From Podarcis melisellensis (Eukaryota): a DNA stretch of 64,000 nucleotides. A program made the translations under genes and the position numbers. Each line of letters begins with the position of its first letter. Within the stretch, counting starts at the first letter, position 1. The notes beneath the pieces were generated by a model, which was not told the origin of the DNA, made no database searches, and saw only the letters and a list, made by a program, of their open reading frames with translations. Below are positions 49,922 to 62,516 of this stretch, one piece after another. The stretch is taken from the NCBI GenBank assembly GCA_964234715.1, contig OZ174284.1; one strand, 5' to 3'.

Positions 49922-50811
49922 TATGTGGCGGTGGGTTTGTAGATGCTACAGCTGTGCCATGAAATGGTACAGCTACAATGTTTTTAAAAGCATATCTCAA
50001 TTTTTATTTTTATTTTTTAAAATAGAAATGTATCTCATTAACTATCAAAAATGGTTTATTACACTATGATGCACCACACTCAACAGTGATTTATTTTTTA
50101 AAAAGCAAATCACATATAAGCACAAATCATTAAGACTAAAGCAAAGCCAAACTGAGTCCAAAGCTTCATTTGCTTCTTGTTGCTGATGAGTGGGTGAGTG
50201 TAATATTAGTTCAGTGGGTTATTTAGCTTAAATTTAACTGACTGTTACTATTAGAATCTTCTAACAGAGTGAAGGGCAAAGATGGGAGTAACATGTGTTA
50301 ATGATATCCAATAGTGCAAACACCCATAATGAGGAACAAACTCATTAATAATGAGTTTTACAATACACAGAGAAAGAGAGAAAGAGAAGGCTAGAGCTAT
50401 AAACTGCTGTGAGACACAGGAATACAGAGAATTAGTGTGAAAAGGCAGCATTCACTTTCTGCAAATTTAAGAACAGGTAATGTGCAATCTGGATGAGGGG
50501 GAAAGGTAGCAATCTGCAACTGAAAAATCCAGTTATCTAGCTGGTCCTCCTTGTTTTACTTTTCATGTGGTAGAAGAACAGGCACATTATTGCAATAATG
50601 TCAAGATTAACTAAAGGATAAACACATCTTTACAAAGGACTTTCAAATCACTGATAATAGAGAACCTTGTAATTTTAGGGCTGACATGCAAAATAATGAT
50701 ATTGAGAAGAGGAAAAAGTGCCAAAGTTGGGATCTTGTTGTACAAGCAGACCTGTATGAATGCCATTCATTTCTGATCTGTAAAAACAAGAGTGATTAAA
50801 AGAATAGATTT

Positions 50812-51262
50812 TGTCAGGGAACTGCCATCAGAACAGGGGCAGGAAACAGAGGGGCAGTTGTGTTACAGGGAGCCTCAGAAAGTCTTGCGAAGCAGTTCTT
50901 CCTTCTGGTGAGGAGGAAAACACCACCTCCAGTGGGGAAGAGGTGAAAGGACCAGAGGATGCTGGTAGGAGCCTCAACACCGCTCATGGCAAAGTTGGCC
51001 AGGAGGGAAGCACGCCCCTTCCATCGCCCACCCTGCATAGAAGTCTAAAGCGCAAAGAGGGAAGGAAAAGGCTGGGCGTAATGAGACTTTTATGCTGGGA
51101 GAGGTCCCGGAAACAAGCACTCCCAGATTTTGCTAGCGATTGAGGCAGACATGAACTTTGGGGCTCTGCACTGTAAATAGTTTTGCACCTAAATAAAACC
51201 TGTAAAAGACAGGTCGGAGTCCTGCCTGGTGACTTGTGAGCAACCACCTTTGCCATCTGACA
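50812..51262 (+). mobile_element. Gypsy-type solo LTR (451 bp)
   Basis: TGTCAG...CTGACA termini, perfect 5-bp TSD GATTT (50807-50811 / 51263-51267), AATAAA near 51192. Confidence 0.88.
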
Positions 51263-52151
51263 GATTTCATTGCTTTCTGAATGTAGATTCACCCAAAAAT
51301 CCCAAGCACCAGACTATTTGAAATGGAGAAATCTGGAAAAATAGGTGATGTGCTTAAGCCAACTCAGACTCATTTCAGGATGTCAGAAACGATTGATCTT
51401 CGATCATTGGTGGGAACTCACCGGTCCATGGACCTCATTAGTCTTAGCAGTGGTTCTAATTTTACCCTGATGGGGCAGAGAGAGACACAGCTGCAGAGGA
51501 ATAATTGGGGAGTCAGAGTGCACCCCCAATTGTTCCTTGGCATGTGCCACTTGTATTCAGTGTCATTTCCTTATTTAGTATTACTTTTATATCCCAACTT
51601 TCCTCTCTCAAGGTGGCACCATGAGCTGTAACCAAGATATGGGGTGGGGGTGGGAGAGACTATGTGGGACTGAAGATTGCTCAGAGGCAGGTGATTTATG
51701 TTGGGACTTCAGCCAATGGAAAAGTGAGGCTTAAGACCCGCCAGACCCTAAAGGATGCTTAGATACCATATGACAGTCATACAAAGGGCAAGAAGGCATT
51801 AGTGTTTCTTTAGCACTTAGTAGGCTGAGATTTCTGCTTTTTGACCCAAGAATCTTGAGCTACACATGCCAACACACAGGGGAGATTATGAAAAACATAG
51901 ATGTTGTGCTTTTTAAAGTCAGGTAGAGAAGAAGAGGCAGCAATAAGTAAGTTATCACAAGGTGGTGGCCTTGGGGAAACTGTTTATTGGCCAAAAACAT
52001 ATGAGGCATTAGCTGAGCAGTAACCTTCCTGATGATGTTGAAACTTTGGCACATGGTCTGCACAGCAAGCTGTTTGCATTGCTTCTTGCATTTCCCCTCC
52101 TGTTCAAACCAGCCCTTTCTTGATTCTTCTCCACCTACTAGCCAGTCTGGT

Positions 52152-52202
52152 TGCTGGCAATGCAGCCCTGCTGGGGGCTGGCAATGCAGCCCTGCTGGGG
52201 GC
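52152..52202. repeat. 24-bp tandem duplication (GCTGGCAATGCAGCCCTGCTGGGG x2)
   Basis: Direct reading. Confidence 0.85.
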
Positions 52203-52865
52203 ATGGACAGTGTGTAGCGCCACATTTGCATTATCAGTACTTGAAAAGGTAATATAATGTCAGTATTTTTCTCCCTTTTTTAATTTTTGAAAGCACACCC
52301 CCATACATGGAATTCCTTCATCTTTCAAATGTTCATTTCTGGCAACATACCATTTGCAACAGCTCAGCCACCTCCACGTCTTCTAAACAGAAGACCAATA
52401 TTAGTATTAATATACACACTGCCTCTGGTATGCTTTTACTCACAGCATAAGAGGGTGGTCCTTAAGGCATTTATCAACTTCTCTGTTGGCACATTGGCAC
52501 AACCTCAAAGAAAACAGAAGGCAGCATTTACAATTTACAAAATACTTTGGGGAAAGAAACTGTTACACAGGCAAAGTAGAAATTGTAAAATGCATTACTT
52601 ACTAGCAGCTTTATTGAATTGCCGGTTTCTTATAACAAAGTGCTTATGACAAAGGCAATACAAAATAATGTACATGAGTTCCTGGAAGTATTGATTGTTT
52701 AGACTTTAGAGGAAATTCTGTTCAGTTAGGCTTCTTATCCACTAAGCGTACTTAGGATCCCAGTCTTATTTACATTTTTCAGCAAAGAACTTGCCTATCT
52801 CTAATTCAGCCCAAATATTCCAACTATTTACCTGATTTTCTGAAAATATAAGCTCCTTTCATGCA

Positions 52866-53286
52866 TTGTTGTTGTTTAGTCGTTTAGTCGTGTCCGACTC
52901 TTCGTGACCCCATGGACCAGAGAACGCCAGGCACCCCTGTCTTCCACTGCCTCCCGCAGTTTGGTCAAACTCATGCTGGTAGCTTCGAGAACACTGTCCA
53001 ACCATCTCGTCCTCTGTCGTCCCCTTCTCCTTGTGCCCTCCATCTTTCCCAACATCAGGGTCTTTTCCAGGGAGTCTTCTCTTCTCATGAGGTGGCCAAA
53101 GTCTTGGAGCCTCAGCTTCACGATCTGTCCTTCCAGTGAGCACTCGGGGCTGATTTCCTTCAGAATGGAGAGGTTTGATCTTCTTGCAGTCCATGGGACT
53201 CTCAAGAGTCTCCTCCAGCACCATAATTCAAAAGCATCAATTATGGTGCTGGAGGAGACTCTTGAGAGTCCCATGGGCTGCAAGAA
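52866..53286 (-). mobile_element. RTE/BovB 3' fragment with fold-back inverted 5' end
   Basis: BovB ORF end on the minus strand; 53181-53228 inverted at 53239-53286; TSD CTTTCATGCAT. Confidence 0.93.
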
Positions 53287-54153
53287 CTTTCATGCATGGA
53301 CTTTCATGCATAGATTACATAATACTTGAAGTGGGATGGGGATATTGCTGCCCCCATGCAAATGTCCACACATTGGCAGGGACTGCTTGACTGATAGTGC
53401 TTACACATGAGCAGCTGCTTGCCCTATGCTGTGGGCAGGGTCTGTATCACAGCCTTATTTAATAGTAATCATGTGATGCCCTCTTTGCTGGTTTCACACT
53501 TGAAGTGGGCTATATAGAGAACGCCTTCCGATGTATAGGTGTCTTAGAATGGTAATAGCAGGTGGTTGCCTATGTTCTTCCAGCACATGTGGGCATTTTG
53601 ATATCGGGATACCATTAATTTCATTTCTAAATGAAACCTGCTGTGCCCACAATGCAATTAAAAAAAATTATGTTAGGGACAAAAGTTCATTGCTGAAGGT
53701 GGCTTTCCTATGTCTCTTGCAAGTTCCCAGTTCTACAGTCTTTCTCAGAGCTGGCAATAAGATGAGCTACAAATAGTTGCAAACCATTCAGAGTGCTGTT
53801 TTTGAGATTCCAAACTGTGACTTTCCAAAGGGGGGGGGGCGCTTTGGGCTGCTGCTGTTCAATGCTACATACCTTGGACTTCTGCTCTCCCACCAGCAGT
53901 AATCAATGACTGAGTGTGCTTTACGATGTTTGGTTGCAGGCAGAAAAACAATGATAAGCTTCACTGGTGCCAATCTGCTTGGACTGCAGCTTTCAACTAA
54001 GCCCCCAAGTCTAGTTTTGTACTTACTGTCTTGAAAGCTTGTCCACTTCCCCCCATACGTTCCAGAAAACATCACACCATAATTCCCTTAATAACCTTAA
54101 AAGTATTAGAAGATGCCCATGATGCATCATTCCCCAGTTTGTGTCCGGAGCAC

Positions 54154-54205
54154 AATTATTATTATTGTTATTTGTTGTTGTTGTTGTTGTTGTTATCATC
54201 ATCAT
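54154..54205. repeat. Compound (ATT)(GTT)(ATC) trinucleotide microsatellite
   Basis: Direct reading. Confidence 0.85.
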
Positions 54206-55901
54206 CCTATTGCCTGTATTGAATTAAGATTCAACTGCTAGTCCAGTCAGCTTCTGTAGATCGAATCAGTGGTGCGCCATCTTGTTCCTTTCTTTGCAGT
54301 AACAAAATATTCTAGGTCAGCCCTGGCCTTTGCTATGCAGAATAGTCCTTTTATTGATGTGTTTATAGCAAAAGACACTTTTGAAATTCTGAGTGCATTG
54401 TGACTGAAAACAGCTAGAGCCTGAGAATGGCAGAGCTGAGGTAATGAGATCACTGAGGTGAGGGCAGCACAGAACTGCAAAAAGTTTGGAAGTAATAGTG
54501 ATAATAGAGTAAAGGTGCAGAAATGGACGTACGAAACCGAATGATTACTGCCTCAAAGAGCCTAGCAATGTCCACACTTCACTGGAGGAAATGTCACCAG
54601 TGCTGATTGATATCGTGTCTAAGAGTAGGTGTGAGATTGCTGAAGTGTTTTTGTGCAGTCAACAAACTGAGCCTCAAAAACGTTTACTCAAGATCACACA
54701 GCAGATGTTGGTATGGTTCAGAAAGAGTCCTGCTATGAAAGCTAACTCAATCCTTCTTCTGTTCCAACACAGCTTGATAACCTACGCACTGATCTGGAGT
54801 GAGAAACTGCATTTTCTCCACCGAATTTCAAACAGATATACTAATTGATACATAAGGCAAGCAGTAAATTGCTGGCAAATGTGCATGACAGGTTTACACC
54901 CTGTGTCTGTTGGCATTGCTGCTCCTACTCTAGGAATTCCACTTGGCATTCCATTTCACTGTCTGTAGAAGGGTCATTGCAGGGAACCAAGTTCTGGGAT
55001 GCCTTTAAGAATGTGTCACATTCTCAGTGAGATTCCCTCACCATCTCAGCCAACAGACAGGACAGCAACGTGATTTGGCAGGGGCCCATTTCCATCCCTT
55101 TCTTTCATTCAGATAGCTTGCGGTGCTTTTTCATGTCAAAGAAAATGTGATTGGTGGTCTCGCCAATGGAAACAATGCAAGAATACGATAACGAAAGTCT
55201 GGATCATCATGGAAAGTAATCTCTGGAGAATTGTTTTGCAACCCAGAATGCCATACTAGGGCTGATCTATAAATCAATGTATTGTCTGATATTGGGTTTA
55301 AATCAAATTGTGATAATGACGTTACAATTTATCGCATATTGTGTGTGTGGTATTAAAAGTCGGCTCTTCCTTGCCTCCTGCAACAACAAGAAATAGCTAC
55401 AAATCACTACAACAGGCTGACTCAAATATCGCTCAGCAGATATCGCCAGACATCAAGTCCCTGGATTCTTTAACAGAATACCCTTCACATAGGGATGGCA
55501 AGAGCGTTCTCACATCCCTACCACCTGAACCAGACTATATCTGCTGGGTATAGATAGCTCCCTTGAACCGTTTGGACTGCGTCCCATTGGCCAGATTGCA
55601 CCCAGCTTGGAGGGACCTACCAATCGGGTGTTGTGGCTGACCAATAGTACCCACCCACAACGCAGGGTGTCAGTTTTCCAGATCTCACCGCAATGTGCCC
55701 TCTTTAAGGGAGGACCCGATTTGTTAAAACTGTACTGTGGGGGTGTGATTGTGTCTCCCTGACTACTCCCTCCCCCCTCTGTTCATGTGCCAAGATGGTG
55801 CTTCATTTGGAGCCATGAAACTTTGGCAAGGAACTTTCCTGGAGGTGCATTTCTATATCCCCATATTTCTTTAGCTCAGTCTGACCTCCAGTGCTTTGCG
55901 T

Positions 55902-55902
<1 letters not shown>

Positions 55903-55986
<84 letters not shown>
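55903..55986. repeat. Compound (CT)18(GT)10(GA)14 microsatellite
   Basis: Direct reading. Confidence 0.95.
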
Positions 55987-55990
<4 letters not shown>

Positions 55991-56295
55991 GGCTTGGCTT
56001 GCAAGAATAAAATGGGGCAAAACACCCAGTACTTGTTGTTTGTGCCTTTCTTTTGGGGCAGAAGCAGGCCACGGGTTTCTTATTAAGCATTTCTTATTTC
56101 TTATGCCAGCCCCATGTTAACCCTGCCAGTCTTCAGCTCTCCCCTCCCCTGTTGTAAGTAGGAGGGAAATACACAATTGAGATGCTTGTTGGCTTGCAAG
56201 TTGCTTCAGAGTAAAAGAAAGAAACACCACCCTGCTCTGCTCTTTGAGCCTCTTCTGTGTCTCCCCCCACCTCGTTATGCTCCCCATTTTCTCCT

Positions 56296-56538
56296 ATAAG
56301 GCTATGCCAAGAGTGGACATTGACGAATGCTCTCTAATGTAGTGTAGGGCACATGAGGCAGCCTTCCCAATGTTGGAGGTGCTTGCAAAGAAGTTTTTGG
56401 CTATCCCAGGAACAAGTGTGCCATTTGAAAGTGTGTTCAGCGTGGCTGGCAATGTTCTTCAAATACAAAGGACATCTCTAGTGCCAGAGAAGACCAAAAT
56501 GCAAATTTTCCTTGCAAAAAATATAAATTTCATTTAAT
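56296..56538 (+). pseudogene. hAT transposase C-terminal dimerisation-domain remnant (ZBED1/Ac-like)
   Basis: YKAMPRVDIDECSLM*CRAHEAAFPMLEVLAKKFLAIPGTSVPFESVFSVAGNVLQIQRTSLVPEKTKMQIFLAKN fits the hATC pattern (P.TSV.SER.FS.AG); stop at the expected W. Confidence 0.85.
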
Positions 56539-57252
56539 AATTTTTGTTCTGTTAAATTTTATCCATTCTTTCTGGTTTGGCCTGGTTAATACAGGAAATG
56601 CAAATTTCCCAGGCAATAAAAATATAAATTTTGTTTATATTTTGTTCTGTTAAATTTATCCGATCCATTCTGCCAAAAACCAAAACTAACATTTGAGTCT
56701 TGTGTGAATTTATTTAGGAGGGAGGTTTCAGGCTCTGAACACGCATATACCACTTGCTAGAAACCAAAGCAGGGGAAAGTGCTGTTGTGGTCAAATCCTG
56801 CTTGCTGTGTTCCCACAGGCATCTGGTTGGGCACTGGATGCTGGACTAGATGGACCATAGGCCTGATCCAGCGGGCTCTCCTTTTGTTCTTGCAGACACG
56901 TCTGAATGTTTTCTTACTACTGTTGGAAACTGCAGTAGCACCTCTTACTTATCAATGCTCATATTGGTCTCCACAGCCACAGCAGGCACTTCACCCTAGA
57001 AGGCGCACATTGTCCCCCAAGGCAGATGGATGTCAGCCATTTGGAAGCAAGTCATTATTTAGGTCTGAGTCTGGTCTGTTAATTCAAAAGCTGCTTCACC
57101 CCCAATTGAGAAGCTAAAAATGGTTCTTTCCCCCTCCTCCTCTCCACATAAGTGGATGAAATCTGCAGCCAAGCAAGTGCCTGAGGAGTAGATTAAAACC
57201 CACCAAATTCCAGGCAGATCCATTTGGGGGGTTTCATGCAGGGAATCTATTA

Positions 57253-57421
57253 CCGTATTTTTCGCTCTATAACACGCACCCAACCATAACATGCACATAG
57301 TTTTTAGGTGAGGAAGATCCGTAGACATGCCACCCGTAGGCATTTCCTCCATAACACGCGCAGACATTTCCCCTTACTTTCTAGGAGGAAAAAAGTGAGT
57401 GTTATGGTGCAAAAAATACGG
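57253..57421. mobile_element. Tc2/pogo-like MITE
   Basis: TIRs CCGTATTTTT / AAAAATACGG with TA TSD. Confidence 0.85.
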
Positions 57422-59232
57422 TACTTAAAAGCACAAAAAACAGAATGGGGCAGGGATAGATATCACACACCCCTCCAGGTTCTGTTGCAACCCATTAGAA
57501 AACTGAAGCAGGTGCCTCTGGATAAGAAACCTGCCAAAGACAAATAGGTCCAGGGGCTATAATGATACCTGATTTTGCCTTTGTTTTTTAAAAATGGGCA
57601 AAGTCCATTTTTCTCACTGATCCCTGTCCCCCTTTCTCAGTGAACTAAAAAGAGTGAGCACTATTAGTTTTAATTGTTTGTTAGGTAAAGAATACTTGAG
57701 AAAGAAGTCCACTACCCTAGTAGCCTAGCTATGCTTCTTACGCTGTACTCTGGAAGGAGAATAAGGACCCACACGAAAAACAACTCTGTCTACTACTTCA
57801 ACACCTCTCCTCCAAGTTACTAAGATTGGAGTGCCTATGAAAAATAGTTCACTGTGAAAAACTAGCTGTGTCTGTCAAAATGAAATGTCCCGCCAACATC
57901 TCCTTCCCTCTAGGCATATCCGCAGTCAGCTTGGTTTCATTACTCAGAAAAGGAAAAGAAAAGGAGAGTGGGAAAGAAGACTAGTGCCATAAGGTGATGA
58001 ATAACCTTTGGGGTCTTTGTTCCACCTCTAGACATCTTGCTGGCACCAAAGTCCAAGTTGGGAATGTGAGATCATGATCTGAATCGCCCCCAATTCACCT
58101 TGTTCTTTGGGGTGCCCACAGAACAGATGCACCACCCTTGTGTACTGTTAGCTGCTACTACACAGAGACAGTGAAAGGAAACCTAGAAGAATTCAGCTCT
58201 CTGAAATTCTCATGAAGGTAGCACTAGTATACATTTCACCAGTCTGCAGCAATATAGGACAGAACAAGCAAGTATAGCTGAGGGAAAAGGAAGACTCCCC
58301 TGTGCTATGAACTCATCATTTTAAATATAATTGTTAATACAAATATTTTGAGACAACAGTGGCTTTAGTTCACCTTCTCTGTTGTTCATTTCTGAATAAA
58401 CTATAGGTAGGGTAATGAAATGGATACGGCAGAGAAAATGTGTTTTTGTCTCAGTATCAGATTAAAATAATGAGGTCTACAGCATTGTTATGGGACAAAT
58501 CTGATAATCGTCGTGCTAGCAAAAACCATCTGGCTTCAGTGACATTTTTGCTAAAGTAGGAAACACAGAATTTGATGTATGTAGGCTGAAATTTCTTTCA
58601 GAATGTAGTCCTTCATCACAAGTTACATTGTCTTCAATCCATTTTCTATATTTTTGATCTCTTGCTCTAGTTTAGTGTCTATTCAACATGTTCCATCTGT
58701 GTGCTGGTGTTTTAAATTTCCTTGTAACTTACCATGACCGGCAACAATTTAGAACACAGATAGATTATGGGAAGTAAAGTGTCCCGTCAAATAATTGCAC
58801 TATTTGGGAGTGGAGTGGAGAAGGAAATAAAAATAAAAAGTCATGTTAAACTGTTATCTCACTTTCTAACTTTCTTCAACACTTCCTGTGGCCCTTTTCC
58901 TTCAGAGAAGGGAGACTTTTATTCCCTCCTTCCCCAATGAACTTCTGTCTCCCAAACAACTTTACTCAGCTTGCAAAGAATTGCTGGTGCTTGCATCAGA
59001 CCACTCAAAATGGCATGGCATGCTTAGGGAGTGGGGCAGGCAAGTGAGGGGGCACGGGACAGGCTGTGACTTTTTTTTTTACACATCTGTTACCTGTTGA
59101 CTAGTGGAAGCACTTAAAAGAGGCCAAACAGAGCAACACCTTAAAGGCAAAAATTCAAAAATATGGCAGCTGGATGCTCCCCCTTCCTTTAATATTGCAC
59201 TTTGTTTCCTGTAAAAAGGGTGACATGTTGTA

Positions 59233-59657
59233 AATAATAATAATAATAATAAATTTTATTTATATCCCGCCCTCCCCAGCCGAAGCCGGGCTCAGGGCGG
59301 CTAACAACACCAAAATAGTGCGACATTATAAAAACATTATAAAAATTAATTAAAATCAAGATTGATGGCAGCCATAAAGTTTTGTAAAGGTTGCCAAAGG
59401 AGGGAGTCAAGCTGCGCCCTAACCAAAGGCCTGGCGGAACAGCTCTGTCTTGCAGGCCCTACGGAAAGATGTCAAGTCCTGCAGGGCCCTTGTCTCTTGT
59501 GACAGAGCATTCCACCAGGTTGGAGCCGCAGCCGAAAAGGCCCTGGCTCTAGTTGAGGCCAGCCTAACCTCTCTGTGGCCTGGGACCTTCAAGGTGTTTT
59601 TGTTTGAAGACCATAGGTTCCTCTGTGGGGCATACCAGGAGAGGCGGTCCCGTAGGT
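59233..59657 (-). mobile_element. L2 LINE 3' fragment
   Basis: Encodes LRDRLSWYAPQRNL...TRARAFSAAAPTWWNALSQETRALQDLTSFRRACKTELFRQAF* plus 3' UTR and (TTA)n tail. Confidence 0.9.
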
Positions 59658-59903
59658 AAACTCCTGTGCGTAGTGAACCCTTTCACGTGAACTAGTTTTA
59701 CACAGGCCAATCTTTGGTGGAACAATCCAATTTGTGTTTGTGAACATGGACTGAGCAAAGATTGAACACAAAAGAAATAAGCAAGAATTGTGGGGAGAGG
59801 GGGGAACCTAAGAAAGCATCTTGGGAACATACTGGGATTACATACAACCTTTGTACAGCACAAAGACTGCAATGCTTTAATAACAGCAATATTTAAAGCA
59901 CCT

Positions 59904-60200
59904 TGTTATGTACTGAGTTGAATAGGCTCCAAAATGTGGCAGACTGATTCGTCCTAGAACAATAGGATTCAGAATGCAGCAATCTGATTGGTCCACAGCA
60001 GCCACCCAATCCAGCTCCAGGTGGAAGTGAATCCGCAACCTGATTGGCCTACAGGAGAATCCTGGAATTAGCCAATCATGTGGGGCCATTGTGTAAATAA
60101 TGTATATAAAGCAGACATTCTGGGGGAACTTCCATTCCTCCTCACCACTATGAGCTGAATAAAGAGCATGAAATCCACTCTCGACTCAGAGTATAATTCA
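59904..60200 (+). mobile_element. Solo LTR (297 bp)
   Basis: TG...CA termini, 5-bp TSD CACCT (59899-59903 / 60201-60205), four CCAAT/ATTGG boxes, TATATAAA ~60103, AATAAA ~60158. Confidence 0.88.
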
Positions 60201-60347
60201 CACCTAATCACTGAAAAACTGCACTGATTTTTATAACGCTAGAAAAATGAAGACTTTTTGGCCATTTTTTAGATGATTGTTAATGTTAAGGTATATTATG
60301 TGTACAATTTAAATGTGCAAGAATGTATATTATCTATTACTCTAGAG

Positions 60348-60909
60348 CAGTGTTTCCCAACCGGTGTTCCGCGGCACACTACTGTGCCGTCAGACATTGG
60401 CTGGTGTGCCGTGGGAGGGAGGCGGGCGAGTCGGGCGGTGAGAGGCGGCGGCGGCGAGGATCCGCGTCGAGCCGGGGGCGGCTCCGCGGTGGTGGTGCCG
60501 AGCGGCGGGGCAGCGCGTGCAAAAGGGAGGAGCGCGAGACAGCGGAGGAGGAGGAGGCCGGCATGTCCGGGCAGCAGCAGCAACAACAGCAGCAGCAACT
60601 CCCGGCGACGGCTCCTCAAGCCCCGCCGCCGCCCCCTCCTCCGCCCGCTATCGCCGCCACCACCACAACAGCCGCCGCCTCAGTTGCCGCCGTCCCTCAG
60701 TCCCTCGCTCTGCTGCCTCCTCCCACCCCCAAAGCTTGGAGGTTCCCCGGCAAGGGGGAGGGAAAAAACTTTCACTTTCGTGCGTCCCTCCCGGCGTGAC
60801 GCTGCGCGCTGACGTCACGGGGCGGGGCGGGGCTTTAATGGTGGTGTGCCGTGAGATTTTTTTTCAGTAAACAGGTGTGCCGTTGCCCAAAAAAGTTTGG
60901 GAAACACTG
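60348..60909. mobile_element. hAT (Charlie-like) non-autonomous element with GC-rich cargo
   Basis: TIRs CAGTGTTTCCCAA / TTGGGAAACACTG, perfect 8-bp TSD CTCTAGAG, subterminal TGTGCCGT repeats at both ends. Confidence 0.93.
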
Positions 60910-62516
60910 CTCTAGAGCAATATCATGTCTGTACACAGTTAGGTATCCCAGAGCTTGAGAAAATTTGCCCTCACTGATCAATCTTGTTGCAAATAAGACA
61001 TAGCCCAGAACAGTTAGCTCATTGTTGGACACATTTCCAAGCAACCAAGTTTGGAAAAGCCCTGTCAAATCTATATACTTATTGAGAGCCCTGCGGAGCA
61101 TTTACAAAGCCTTTTCCGATAATGGACAGATGTTTCTAAACCCTCTGCTTTTGCGCCACCCTTCTCAAGAGTAGTTATTGTAGGTTTTACTGATACATCA
61201 TCTCTCACACACATTCCTCACCGCCACCATCTTGCTTTTCTTTAGGCTCAGGATAGTGGTTTTAAATAGATTGTTTGCTGTGGTCCTATTTGGATTGCAG
61301 AATCTGGAAGTTAAATCAAAGAATACAGGGCAGGTAAGAACTGTTTGCTCCTCCTTCCTCCTAACAGCAGGCAGTGTGAAAACACCCTAGCCTACTGGGA
61401 ATGGCAGACATAGGACCTCATGAAGAGATGCTGATGTTTTCATCAAGCATAGGACCTTGAGATGTGACAGAGTGTTTCTGGTGGAATGGAGGAAAGGGTC
61501 CCTGTATCTCTTTTCCTTTGTTTTCACCCCCCGCCAATCCCTCCCATTGTGTTAATAAATCTGAGATGAATGCAAGTTAAGAATTCCTGTCATCTAACCC
61601 ATGTCTGGATTGCAGCAGCAGCAAATAATTGAAAGGATTCAAGGCTACGTCTAGACCAGTGTTTGAGATGGCACTGGCATTTGTGCAACGAGGGGAATTC
61701 ATATTGCGTCCCACCAGGGCCTGTCATTGTTTGCACACCCTGATCCTGATTAAACTAACACTAGCAGAAGCCAGCACAAGGACTTCCACCAGCACAATCA
61801 TGCTTGCCCCCTCTCTCCTCCTGTGCCTCCCCCTAATCCGCTCTGGAGGGTCAGAAGAACCTCCAGAACAACACAGATGGGAGCTTTTCCGCCGGGCAAG
61901 CAGAAATGCTTGCACTGATGGAACAATGTCATTGTGCAATGCTGAATTCAACCCCATATCCTGCTTGTTGTGACAATTGTTGGGTTTTATTAAAGCAATC
62001 CAGCCTTTTGCACAACTCATCCCAGCACCTGTCTCTCACTCTGGTTGGTCACTGTTGGCAACAGGGTGCCAGACTGGGAAGGTCCTCGGTGTTATTCAGT
62101 CTGGCACTGCTTAAGTGCTGCTGTGTGTTCTACCTTCCTGACTTGCCTCATCCACACTTCTTCATTGTGAGGGCCTGTATTTCTGTTTTGTTATGGTGAC
62201 TTTGTACCAGGGCACTCGGTCTCAACCCACAATGACTTATTTGCCACACAGCTCTCTGAAGTCTTGTGCAGATGACCTCCCTCATCCTGCCCCATCAATC
62301 CCAACATAACCGATGCAAACCTGCGGTCCATGGCAGTGTCCAGGTGGAGAATAGGAAGCCTGGAACAGGCAATAATGTTGCCTATTCTTGTAACGGAGAA
62401 CATGCATAGATTCAAGTTCTCTTGAAGAACTTCAATTTAACAATTGTTCAGTTAGGTGTGTTTCACAAGATGATTGTAGAAAAGGTACAACCATAGGAAC
62501 ATAAGTAACCACTTTA

